Source of the DNA: Elusimicrobiota bacterium
GTDB lineage: Bacteria; Elusimicrobiota; Elusimicrobia; Elusimicrobiales; UBA9959
Assembly: GCA_016234365.1 (NCBI GenBank)
Contig: JACRER010000017.1
Coordinates: 8,052-72,051, forward strand
Reading direction: 5' to 3'
Length of the DNA: 64,000 nucleotides
The notes under the pieces are model-generated. The model worked only from the letters and a program-made list of their open reading frames with translations, did not search any database and was not told the origin of the DNA. This document shows positions 56,143-64,000 of the stretch, piece by piece. Position 1 is the first letter of the stretch, and every line of letters begins with the position of its first letter. Made by a program: the position numbers and the translations under genes.

Positions 56143-57615
56143 TTAGCGAGTCGTTGTCTCTTCCTGCACCGGCAGTTTGAAGATCACCAGTATCCCCGGC
56201 ACGGTCAGGATGCAGACCCACAGGAAAAAGTGCCGGTAACCTACGGCCTGCTGCAGCATGCCGCTGATCATGCCCGGCACCATCATGCCGAGCGCCATGA
56301 TGCCCGTGGAGATGGCGAAGTGCGCCGTCTTGTATTTGCCCTTGGCTATCATCATCAGATAGACCGTGAACGCCGTGAGGCCCACGCCGTAGCCCAGCTG
56401 TTCCGCCGCTACCAATAGCGGCACCGTGCCGAAGGGTATTTCCCGGCCCAGCAGGGTTATGTGCTGCAGGGCAGGCATGGCGTAGGACATATAGAGGTAG
56501 AACACGTCGGGGATATGGAGCACCAGCACCATGGGCCACAGGCAGCGCCGGAAGCCGTACCTGGAGATAAGCCAGCCGCCCATGAGGCCGCCAACTATGA
56601 GCGCTATCATGCCGATAGTGCCGTAGATTATTCCCACTTCCGCAGTGGGAATGGCCAGCCCGCCCTTCTCCACGGCGTCCAGCAGGAAGGGCTGCGTCAT
56701 CTTCAGGAGCATCGCCTCCGCCAGGCGGTAGAAGAGGATGAACGCCACGATATAGCCTATGCCGTCCATCGTGAAGTAGGACACGAAAGCCTCGTTGAAG
56801 GAGTTCCCCTCCTCCGCGAGCTTGCTCTTCAACTTCGGGAAGATGTAGACCCTGCAGGCGTAGAACAGCGCCGCGATGAGGGCCGCGGCCGTGCCCAGCT
56901 TGGCCCAGACCCCGTGCAGGTTGGTGAACAGGGCTATCACCGCGCCTGCGGCGGCCAGGTAGCCCAGCAGCGGCAGTATCCCGGCTATTTTGAACTCCGC
57001 CTTGGGTTTATCCTCTTCGGGGCGCGGCAGGACGAACTTGTGGTAAAGGAAGAGCGCCAGGAACATTACCGCCGAGATCCCGAGCATCGCCGACCAGCTG
57101 GCCGCGGCGCTGAGGCCGCCTTCCTGCAGCTTGCCGGCGCGGAACACCAGAAAGCCCGTGCCGAAGATCATGGCGAAGCGGTAGAACATGGACCGTATGC
57201 CCACGAAGAAGGCCTGGTCCTCCTTGGTGAGCGCCAGCATGTAGAAGCCGTCCACGGCGATATCGTGCGTGGCGGAGACGAAGGCGCCGACCGCGAAGGA
57301 TAGCAGCGAAATGGCGAAGAAATTCTGCCCGGAGAGCGACAGCGCCGAGGCGCCGAGGCAGGCCGCCAGGATGAGCTGCGTCCACACTACCCAGCCGCGC
57401 CGGGTGCCGTACATGTCCACCATCGGGCCCCAGAGCATCTTTATGACCCAGGGCAGGTAAAGCCAGCTGGTCCAGAAAGCCATTTCGGCGTTGGACACGC
57501 CCATGTTCTTGTAGAGGATCACCGAGACCGAATTGATTATTATGTAGGGCAGACCTTCCGCGAAATAGGTGGTGGGCACGAACAGCCAAGGGTTGCGTTT
57601 TTCAGGTGTGGGCAT
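56143..57615 (-). CDS. MFS transporter, AmpG-like.
   Basis: 490 aa, about 12-14 TM helices. N-terminal FAEGLPYIII...WVIKMLWGPMVDMYGTRRGW resembles the AmpG FLWSPLMD...RRRGW motif. Confidence 0.8.
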   Translation of the reverse strand: MPTPEKRNPWLFVPTTYFAEGLPYIIINSVSVILYKNMGVSNAEMAFWTSWLYLPWVIKMLWGPMVDMYGTRRGWVVWTQLILAACLGASALSLSGQNFFAISLLSFAVGAFVSATHDIAVDGFYMLALTKEDQAFFVGIRSMFYRFAMIFGTGFLVFRAGKLQEGGLSAAASWSAMLGISAVMFLALFLYHKFVLPRPEEDKPKAEFKIAGILPLLGYLAAAGAVIALFTNLHGVWAKLGTAAALIAALFYACRVYIFPKLKSKLAEEGNSFNEAFVSYFTMDGIGYIVAFILFYRLAEAMLLKMTQPFLLDAVEKGGLAIPTAEVGIIYGTIGMIALIVGGLMGGWLISRYGFRRCLWPMVLVLHIPDVFYLYMSYAMPALQHITLLGREIPFGTVPLLVAAEQLGYGVGLTAFTVYLMMIAKGKYKTAHFAISTGIMALGMMVPGMISGMLQQAVGYRHFFLWVCILTVPGILVIFKLPVQEETTTR

Positions 57616-57710
57616 CTATCGTCTCCTGCGGCATTGGGCCGCAACTAGATAATATTAAATATCGCCGGAGAATGGAACCTCGGGCGGTCCGGATTTGATA
57701 AAATTAGCGT

Positions 57711-59366
57711 ATGGAACTCCTCACCGCGCTTTTCTCCTCCCAGCCCGTGGCCTGGTCCGTTTTCGTCATCATGCTGGTCGCGGCCGGCGGCCTGGCCATA
57801 GGCAACCTTAAGCTTTTCGGCATCAACCTCGGCATCGCGGGCGTGCTGTTCTCCGGCATCCTCCTGGGCCATTTCGGCCTGGAGATAGACCACGGCACGC
57901 TGGAGTTTTTGCGGGATTTCGGCCTTATCCTCTTCGTGTACTCCATCGGCACGCAGGTCGGCCCCGGGTTCTTCTCCTCTTTCAGGAAGCAGGGCATCCG
58001 CCTTAACCTGCTGGCCGCGGCCGTAGTGCTGGGCGGCGTGGGTGTGACGCTCGCGGTGGCCCGACTGGCGGGTTTCGATATCGCCACCGCCGTGGGCATG
58101 TATTCCGGCGCGGTCACTAATACCCCGTCGCTCGCCGCCGCGCAGCAGACGCTGGGGGCCATTAATCCCGAGGCGGCCAATGCCGCCTCCGTGGGCTACG
58201 CCCTGGCCTATCCTGGGGCTATCCTGGGCATCATCCTCACTATGGTGCTGATACGCCGGCTCTTCCGCGGGCAGGCGGCGCAGGACCTGGCGGCGGCCGA
58301 GACCGATAAGGCCGGTTCGGGCCTGAGCAATTTCAACATCCGGGTGGATAACCGCAACCTGGAAGGCCTGAAGATCTGCGAGATCCCCGCCCTCAACGAA
58401 CTGGGCGTGGTGGTTTCCCGGTATTCCCATGAAGGCTCCATAGCCGTGGCGCACGACGATACCGTGCTTCACGCCGGCGACGTGCTGCTGGCGGTAGGCC
58501 GCGAGGAGAGCCTTAAGAAGTTCATGCTGGTGGTGGGGTCCAAGAGCGAAATGGACCTTAAGAAACTGCCCAGCCGCATCATCCACTCCCGCGTTATCGT
58601 TACCCGCAAAGACGTTATAGGCCGGACGCTCGACGAGATAAAACTGGAGTCCCAGTACGACGTGGTGGCCACGCGCGTGGCGCGTGCCGACGTGGAATTC
58701 CTGGTCTCCGATTCCTACGTGCTGCAATTCGCCGATAACCTGGTCATCGTGGGCGACGAGGCCGCCGTGGCCAAGGCGGGCGCGCTGCTGGGCAATTCCC
58801 CCAAGGACCTCAACCACCCGCAGCTTATCCCCGCCTTCATCGGCATCGCCGCCGGCGTGCTGCTGGGCTCCATCCCTATCGCCATTCCCGGCCTGGGCGC
58901 GCCGGTGAAGCTGGGCCTGGCGGGCGGCCCGCTCATAATGGCCATACTCCTCAGTTACATCCAGCACATCGGGCCGCTGGACTGGTACCTGCCGCCCGCC
59001 GGCAACCTGATGCTGCGTGAGCTCGGTATAACGCTCTTCCTTTCCTGCGTCGGGCTCAAAGCCGGCGGCAAGTTCTTCGAGACGCTGCTCAACGGCAACG
59101 GGATGTATATAGTCCTGTTCTCGTTCCTTATAACGGTGCTGCCTATCGTCGTAGTCGGTATTTTCGCGAAGGCTAAGTTCAAACTGAATTATATGTCGCT
59201 CTGCGGGGCGTTGGCCGGCTCCATGACCGATCCTCCCGCGCTGGCTTTCTCCAACGCCATGAGCCCGTCCAACCTTTCCGCCATGTCCTACGCCACGGTG
59301 TACCCGCTGGTAATGATCCTGCGCGTCATCTCCGCGCAGGTGCTGGTGCTGCTTTTCATGAAATGA
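57711..59366 (+). CDS. YidE/YbjL-family (AAE) transporter with two central TrkA-C domains.
   Basis: 551 aa. Duplicated membrane halves flank two RCK_C-like segments (HAGDVLLAVGREESL; FADNLVIVGDEAAV). Confidence 0.88.
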   Translation: MELLTALFSSQPVAWSVFVIMLVAAGGLAIGNLKLFGINLGIAGVLFSGILLGHFGLEIDHGTLEFLRDFGLILFVYSIGTQVGPGFFSSFRKQGIRLNLLAAAVVLGGVGVTLAVARLAGFDIATAVGMYSGAVTNTPSLAAAQQTLGAINPEAANAASVGYALAYPGAILGIILTMVLIRRLFRGQAAQDLAAAETDKAGSGLSNFNIRVDNRNLEGLKICEIPALNELGVVVSRYSHEGSIAVAHDDTVLHAGDVLLAVGREESLKKFMLVVGSKSEMDLKKLPSRIIHSRVIVTRKDVIGRTLDEIKLESQYDVVATRVARADVEFLVSDSYVLQFADNLVIVGDEAAVAKAGALLGNSPKDLNHPQLIPAFIGIAAGVLLGSIPIAIPGLGAPVKLGLAGGPLIMAILLSYIQHIGPLDWYLPPAGNLMLRELGITLFLSCVGLKAGGKFFETLLNGNGMYIVLFSFLITVLPIVVVGIFAKAKFKLNYMSLCGALAGSMTDPPALAFSNAMSPSNLSAMSYATVYPLVMILRVISAQVLVLLFMK

Positions 59367-60274
59367 CCATCATCATCGCCAACCTCGTCCTCGTTCTCGC
59401 CGCCGGCTGGCTGTTCCGCCGGTTCGGCGTGGTGCAGGAAGGCGCGGAGAAGGCTTTCAACCAGTACCTCTATTATCTGGCTCTGCCGGCGCTCATAATC
59501 CTCAAGATCGCGGACACCCCCCTTGGCGGGCTGGGCTGGCGCTTCTTCGCCGTGAACACGCTGCCGCTGGCGGCCGTGATGGCGGCTGCCTGGGGCCTCT
59601 GGAAGGCCGGCAAGATAGACTGGCGCCTGGGGCGCCTGCTCATCATAGTTTCGGTGCTGGGCAACACCGTCTACCTGGGGTTCCCGGTGGCCGCTATGCG
59701 CCTGGGAGGCGAGGCCATAGGCTACGCGGCCATCGCCTCTTCCGTGCACAACGTTTTCATCTTTACCTTCGGCTTCCTGCTGATGAGCGTGGTCTGCGAG
59801 CGGGACTGCCCCCCGGCCCGCTTCGCGCGCCTGATCGGGCGCAGCGTGGTGCTGTGGGCTTCGGTCGCCGGCTTGCTGATAGCCGGCTTCGGCCTGCGCA
59901 TCCCGGACCTGGCGCACCGGGTCCTTTCCGATATCGGCGGTACTACCCTGCCGTTGTCGCTGTTCACGCTGGGCGTAGGGCTTTACGGTAAAAAGCTGGC
60001 CCACAACCTGCCGCGCATCGCGCTGGTAAGCGGCCTGAAGCTGCTGCTGCTGCCCGCCCTTTTCCTGCTGGCGGCCAGGGCTTTCGGTTATACCGGGTTC
60101 ATCCCGCGGGTGGTTTTTATAGAGATGGTAATGCCTGTAGCGGTTATGAACTATATCGTGGCGCGCGAATTCGATTTCGACGAAGACCTCGTCGGACAAA
60201 GCATCCTTTTTTCCACGCTCGCCTTCTTCCCCCTGCTCTACCTTTACGACTGGGCCATGATGGTCTTCCTTTAA
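59363..60274 (+). CDS. AEC (auxin efflux carrier) family permease.
   Basis: 303 aa, 10-TM pattern. ATGA-type overlap with the upstream transporter. Confidence 0.85.
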   Translation: MTIIIANLVLVLAAGWLFRRFGVVQEGAEKAFNQYLYYLALPALIILKIADTPLGGLGWRFFAVNTLPLAAVMAAAWGLWKAGKIDWRLGRLLIIVSVLGNTVYLGFPVAAMRLGGEAIGYAAIASSVHNVFIFTFGFLLMSVVCERDCPPARFARLIGRSVVLWASVAGLLIAGFGLRIPDLAHRVLSDIGGTTLPLSLFTLGVGLYGKKLAHNLPRIALVSGLKLLLLPALFLLAARAFGYTGFIPRVVFIEMVMPVAVMNYIVAREFDFDEDLVGQSILFSTLAFFPLLYLYDWAMMVFL

Positions 60275-60348
60275 TATAGGCCCTTTACCGCTGTTTTAAC
60301 GGCCCTTCGGCCCTTCTGCCCGGGGCCGGGTTGGGCTATCATATAGTT

Positions 60349-61554
60349 ATGTTAAAACGCCTCCTCGCGCTGCTTTGCGCGATTGCCGCCGTTCCTGCCG
60401 CCGCCCAGCCCGACGCTCTGCACCAACTGCATTCAGCAGCTCCCGCCGCATATACAGAGACCGGCTTTACTGCCCCCGAGGTCCAGCCCTCCCTTCCGGC
60501 CGGGCGCTGGCCCACGGCCTCGCACGGCTACTTCGATACGGCGCTCATCCTCGGCATAAAGAGCGACGACGCCTCCAACGACTATTACCCTTTCGCTGGC
60601 GAGGTGAAAGTCCCCGTGGCCGACCCGGACGGTAACCAGCAGCAGGACGAGGTGCTTGGCCTGAAGGGTGGAATGACCACCGAAGCCGGCCATCCCGGCT
60701 TTTTCGCCAACGGCGGGGACGTGAAGCATTACTGGGAGCGGGCGCTTAAAGATTACCGGAACCTGGATTTCGTCCGTGCTTATTACGATATCGGGATTGT
60801 GGCGCATCTTACGCAGGACCAGGCCGTGCCGGCCCACGCCGCCAACATCAACCATGTTATAACCTTCGGCGACAAATTCGAGAAAGCCATCAAGAAGAAC
60901 CTCAGCCTGTTCGCCAAACTGCAGGGCAAGGTGCAGGCCATGATGCTCCCGGATCTGGAGCCGTACGCCTACTATCAGCCGCTGCAGGACGATACCCGCG
61001 CGCACCTGGCGCAGTGGGTGAACCCCTCCACCAAGGTCCCTTATTGGCCGGCCGCCGGCGACGCTCCCCCTCCGGGGCAGGACGCCACCAAGGGCTCCTG
61101 GAGCCACTATCCCGCCGCCGGGGACACTTACGACCTGGGCGTCAGCCCGGAGATCATGGACCGACAGATGCTGCAGGCCGCCATTTATACCTACGGCGTG
61201 CTCAAGGCCGCCGCCAAGCGCCTGCCGCCGGTGACCGGCGGCCTTTCCGCCGAGAGGATCTCTTCCGATAAGCAGGCCGAAGTGGACCTGAACTTTACCG
61301 CTTACGACAATCGCTCCGGCCTCCTGGCCGCCACCGTTTCCCGGCCGCTCTACGGCTATTCCAAGACCCTGGCCCTGAAGAACTCCTCCGACGGCAGGAC
61401 CATCCCTTCCTCCCAGGTCTCGCTGCGGCTGCCCAGGCCGGAGGCTTATCAGAAGGGGGACGATTATGTAGTGGTGACCCTGCGCGACCTGGACGGCAAT
61501 GTCTCGGAGACCAGGACCAAGGTCCGCTACGAGGAGCCCGAGCCGGCTTATTAA
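60349..61554 (+). CDS. Secreted protein with a zinc-dependent phospholipase C-like N-terminal domain and a beta-rich C-terminal domain.
   Basis: Trimmed from TTG 60331 to ATG 60349 (MLKRLLALLCAIAAVPAAAQ). IVAHLTQDQAVPAHAANINH resembles the H-x3-D-x3-P-x-H Zn-ligand motif of PLC/alpha-toxin family proteins, and there is an upstream W-x5-H. The call is tentative. Confidence 0.4.
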   Translation: MLKRLLALLCAIAAVPAAAQPDALHQLHSAAPAAYTETGFTAPEVQPSLPAGRWPTASHGYFDTALILGIKSDDASNDYYPFAGEVKVPVADPDGNQQQDEVLGLKGGMTTEAGHPGFFANGGDVKHYWERALKDYRNLDFVRAYYDIGIVAHLTQDQAVPAHAANINHVITFGDKFEKAIKKNLSLFAKLQGKVQAMMLPDLEPYAYYQPLQDDTRAHLAQWVNPSTKVPYWPAAGDAPPPGQDATKGSWSHYPAAGDTYDLGVSPEIMDRQMLQAAIYTYGVLKAAAKRLPPVTGGLSAERISSDKQAEVDLNFTAYDNRSGLLAATVSRPLYGYSKTLALKNSSDGRTIPSSQVSLRLPRPEAYQKGDDYVVVTLRDLDGNVSETRTKVRYEEPEPAY

Positions 61555-61574
61555 GCCTGCCCGGTCCAAAAAGG

Positions 61575-61606
61575 AAAGAGCCGCTTAGAGCGGCTCTTTT
61601 CTTTTG
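61575..61606. terminator. Bidirectional intrinsic terminator.
   Basis: AGAGCCGCT-TAG-AGCGGCTCT flanked by AAAAAGGAAA and TTTTCTTTT. Confidence 0.85.
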
Positions 61607-61617
61607 CGGCGTACCGG

Positions 61618-63375
61618 CTATACGGTCTCTTTGGGGCCCAGTTCTTCCTCGAGCTTGCGGCGCTCGTAGATCTGGCGGTAGAGGCCGCCCAGCGCCAGGA
61701 GTTGCGGATGCGTGCCTTTCTCCGCCAGTTTCCCCTCGTCCAGCGTAAGTATAAGGTCCGCGTGCTCGATGGTTTTTACCCGGTGCGTCACTATCAGGCA
61801 GATGGCGTCCGGCAGTTCTTTGCGCAGGTCCTTCCAGAAATTCTCCTCGGTCTGCGCGTCCATGGCGCTTGTGGCGTCGTCGAACAGCAGCAGATCGGGC
61901 TTTGCCAGCAGGGCGCGGGCTATGGCCACGCGCTGTTTCTGGCCTCCGGAAAGCGATACGCCGCGGGTGCCCACCTGGGTATCGAGCCCTTTGGGGAGCT
62001 TTGCCAGGTCGTGCCTGAGCTGGGAGACGCGCAGGGCCCTTTCCATGGCCGCCTCGTCAAAACCTTCGCGGCCCAGCGTGATGTTATTCTTCACGGTGTC
62101 CGTCATGATGAACGGCTCCTGCGTGACCAGGCCCAGGCGGGAGCGCAGTTCCACGGGGTCGAAGGACCTGATGTCCTGCCCGTTTACGCGCAATTCGCCC
62201 GAGGCGAACTCGGAAAGGCGGGTCAGCAGCGAGATCAGGCTGGTCTTGCCAGAGCCGATCTTGCCTACGATGGCCACCAACTGGCCGCGACCGGCTTCGA
62301 AGGTTATCTTCTTCAGGAGCGGCTCTTCCTTTGCCGTCAGCACGCAGATCTCCGAGGCTTCCACCCTTTCTATGCGCTCCGGCGGCGGGGCCGGGTTTAC
62401 GGGCTCCTTTATGGCGCTTCTCCCCTGCAGCAGTTCGTCCACGCGCTTTATGGAGGCCCCGGCGCGCATGCCCGCCACAAAGAATTCGCTGATATCCATC
62501 AGCGGCCCCATGATCATCCCTGAATAGAAATAGAAGGCTATCAGGTCGCCCAGCGTGGCGCGCCCGGCCATCACCATCAGGCCGCCGGCCATGTACAGGA
62601 TGGCCACGGAGAAGAAATTGGCCGAATGGTAGAAGTAGGAGAAGAGTATGTGCAGGCGTTCGGAAGCTATCTCCGCGTCCCTCTGCCCGTCGGTCTTGGC
62701 GGCGAAGAAGGCGCATTGCGCGGTTTCCTTGGCGTTGGCCTTGATGAGCTTTATGCCGGTAAAGCAGGTTTCGAGGAAGTCGTAGATGAGCGTGATGGTC
62801 TTCTGCACCGCGTCGTAGCGCTCGTGCAGCCGGCGGCCGAGCAGCAGGGAGGCGGTAAGCAGGAACGGGGTGGGCAGCAGCACCCAGAAGGCCAGGCGCT
62901 TGTTGAGCACCAGCATCATGGTGACCGCGCCCACCAGGGTGAAAATGGCCTGGATGAAGCGGAAAACCCCCGAGCAGGCGAACCAGGCTATTTTGTCGCC
63001 GGAGATGTCGTCCACCATGCGGGTGACCAGGTCTCCGGTAGTGAATTTATGGAAGAACGGCTGGTCCATCCCCAACACGTGGCCGAAGACCTCCTTGCGG
63101 AAGTCCCATTCCAGCTTCATGTTCATGTAGGCGCGGTTGCGCTGCGCCGCAAGGCTCACCACGCTGCTGGTCACGCCGACGCCGAGGATGAGCCAGATGC
63201 TTTGCAGCAGGTAGCCGCGGGTAATGCCGGCGCTGAGCCCGTTGACTATCTGCTTGATGAGGTAGGGGTAGGCCGCGCTCAGTGCGGCGCTGGACATGCC
63301 CAGCAGCACTATGGCTGTCATGCGCCATTTGTAGCGGCGCCAGTGGGGAAGAAGCCACTTCAGCGTGAAGATCAC
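61618..63375 (-). CDS. ABC exporter, fused permease/ATP-binding subunit (MsbA/MdlB-like).
   Basis: 585 aa. 6-TM domain, then Walker A GKIGSGKTS, LSGGQKQRVAIARA, LLLFDDATSAMD. Confidence 0.93.
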   Translation of the reverse strand: MIFTLKWLLPHWRRYKWRMTAIVLLGMSSAALSAAYPYLIKQIVNGLSAGITRGYLLQSIWLILGVGVTSSVVSLAAQRNRAYMNMKLEWDFRKEVFGHVLGMDQPFFHKFTTGDLVTRMVDDISGDKIAWFACSGVFRFIQAIFTLVGAVTMMLVLNKRLAFWVLLPTPFLLTASLLLGRRLHERYDAVQKTITLIYDFLETCFTGIKLIKANAKETAQCAFFAAKTDGQRDAEIASERLHILFSYFYHSANFFSVAILYMAGGLMVMAGRATLGDLIAFYFYSGMIMGPLMDISEFFVAGMRAGASIKRVDELLQGRSAIKEPVNPAPPPERIERVEASEICVLTAKEEPLLKKITFEAGRGQLVAIVGKIGSGKTSLISLLTRLSEFASGELRVNGQDIRSFDPVELRSRLGLVTQEPFIMTDTVKNNITLGREGFDEAAMERALRVSQLRHDLAKLPKGLDTQVGTRGVSLSGGQKQRVAIARALLAKPDLLLFDDATSAMDAQTEENFWKDLRKELPDAICLIVTHRVKTIEHADLILTLDEGKLAEKGTHPQLLALGGLYRQIYERRKLEEELGPKETV

Positions 63376-64000
63376 CGGGGTTCCTCCCCGAACTGCAGTT
63401 TGTAGAACTTTGAATAGACGCCGCCGCGGGCCAGCAGTTCTGCGTGGGTGCCGCTTTCCTTTATCTCCCCCTCGGAGACCAGCAGGATATTGTCCGCGTT
63501 GCGGATGGTGGAGAGGCGGTGGGCGATGACTATCATCGTCCTGCGGCTCAGCAGGCGCGCCATGGCGGCGTTGATCAGCCGCTCGGTATAGGGGTCGATG
63601 TGGGAGGTAGCCTCGTCGAAGACCAGCACTTCCTGGTTGAGCACCATGGCGCGGGCCAGGGCTATCACCTGCTTCTCCCCGGCGGAGAGGTTGGCGCCTT
63701 TTTCCGTGATGTGCTTGTTGAGGCCGTGCTTTTTGAAGAAGTGTTCCAGACCCACGGTCTTTATGGCGTCGTGCACCATCGCGTCCGGTATGGCGTCGTC
63801 CATCAGCTTGAGGTTCTGCATGATGGTGCCGGGGAAGAGGTAGATGTCCTGCTGCACCAGGCCTATGGAGGTGCGCAGGGACTTCAGGCTTATGGCGGAA
63901 AGGTCCGCGCCGTCTATCAGGATCTTGCCCTTGTCCGGAGAGTAGAACTTGAAGAGCAGGTTGGTCACGGTGGTTTTGCCGCCGCCGGTCTCCCCCACTA
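63372..64000 (-). CDS. ABC exporter, fused permease/ATP-binding subunit; partner of the downstream gene. Partial: the N-terminus lies beyond the right edge.
   Basis: Only the NBD is visible: GETGGGKTT, LSAGEKQVIALARA, VLVFDEATSHID. 4-nt overlap with the downstream gene. The track start at 63998 is an internal GTG. Confidence 0.9.
   Translation of the reverse strand, partial: VGETGGGKTTVTNLLFKFYSPDKGKILIDGADLSAISLKSLRTSIGLVQQDIYLFPGTIMQNLKLMDDAIPDAMVHDAIKTVGLEHFFKKHGLNKHITEKGANLSAGEKQVIALARAMVLNQEVLVFDEATSHIDPYTERLINAAMARLLSRRTMIVIAHRLSTIRNADNILLVSEGEIKESGTHAELLARGGVYSKFYKLQFGEEPR

Overview
This is a GC-rich bacterial chromosomal segment (roughly 60-65 % by eye, not computed), densely coding and mostly core metabolism.

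Content from left to right:
- A partial FliF/SctJ-like membrane protein gene that is absent from the ORF track because it runs off the left edge.
- An orphan sensor histidine kinase.
- An accessory surface-protein locus (2.6-10.4 kb). It holds a PorV/PorP-like beta-barrel fused to TPR repeats, two proteins carrying CHU_C (type-B T9SS-style) C-terminal domains, and a 1229-aa tail-fibre/adhesin-like protein.
- An FMN riboswitch followed by ribBA-ribH-ribD-ribE.
- A complete 14-gene complex I operon (nuoA-N, minus strand, translationally coupled).
- A small accessory patch: thioredoxin-like protein, secreted papain-fold hydrolase, pentapeptide-repeat protein and an Ala-rich helical protein.
- yceD-rpmF-plsX-fabG-acpP-rnc.
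- Two glycosyltransferases and a TPR-SpoIID/LytB protein.
- tRNA-Lys(CTT) and tRNA-Leu(TAG).
- tig-clpP-lon, with no clpX.
- A five-gene coupled operon: DUF885, ABC ATPase, ABC-2 permease, a His-rich periplasmic protein and a GT4 glycosyltransferase.
- A pilin-fold protein, ackA and an RCK K+ channel.
- A MalEFGK-type sugar ABC system.
- A ferredoxin, a CDF transporter, an AmpG-like MFS transporter, YidE/YbjL and AEC transporters, and a Zn-phospholipase-C-like secreted protein.
- A heterodimeric ABC exporter pair; the second gene runs off the right edge.

I saw no CRISPR array, transposase, integrase, rRNA or recognisable defence genes.

The ORF track uses the longest ORFs, including GTG/TTG starts. 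Several starts were therefore trimmed to internal ATGs that fit signal peptides, Shine-Dalgarno sequences or stop/start overlaps. The many 400-900-aa Arg/Gly/Ala-rich ORFs lying antisense to real genes are GC-bias shadows.

The most unusual material is:
- the surface/secretion-style locus at 1.3-10.4 kb;
- the FliF/SctJ-MgtE_N chimera at the left edge;
- two long structured intergenic elements, at 1110-1239 and 14005-14203.
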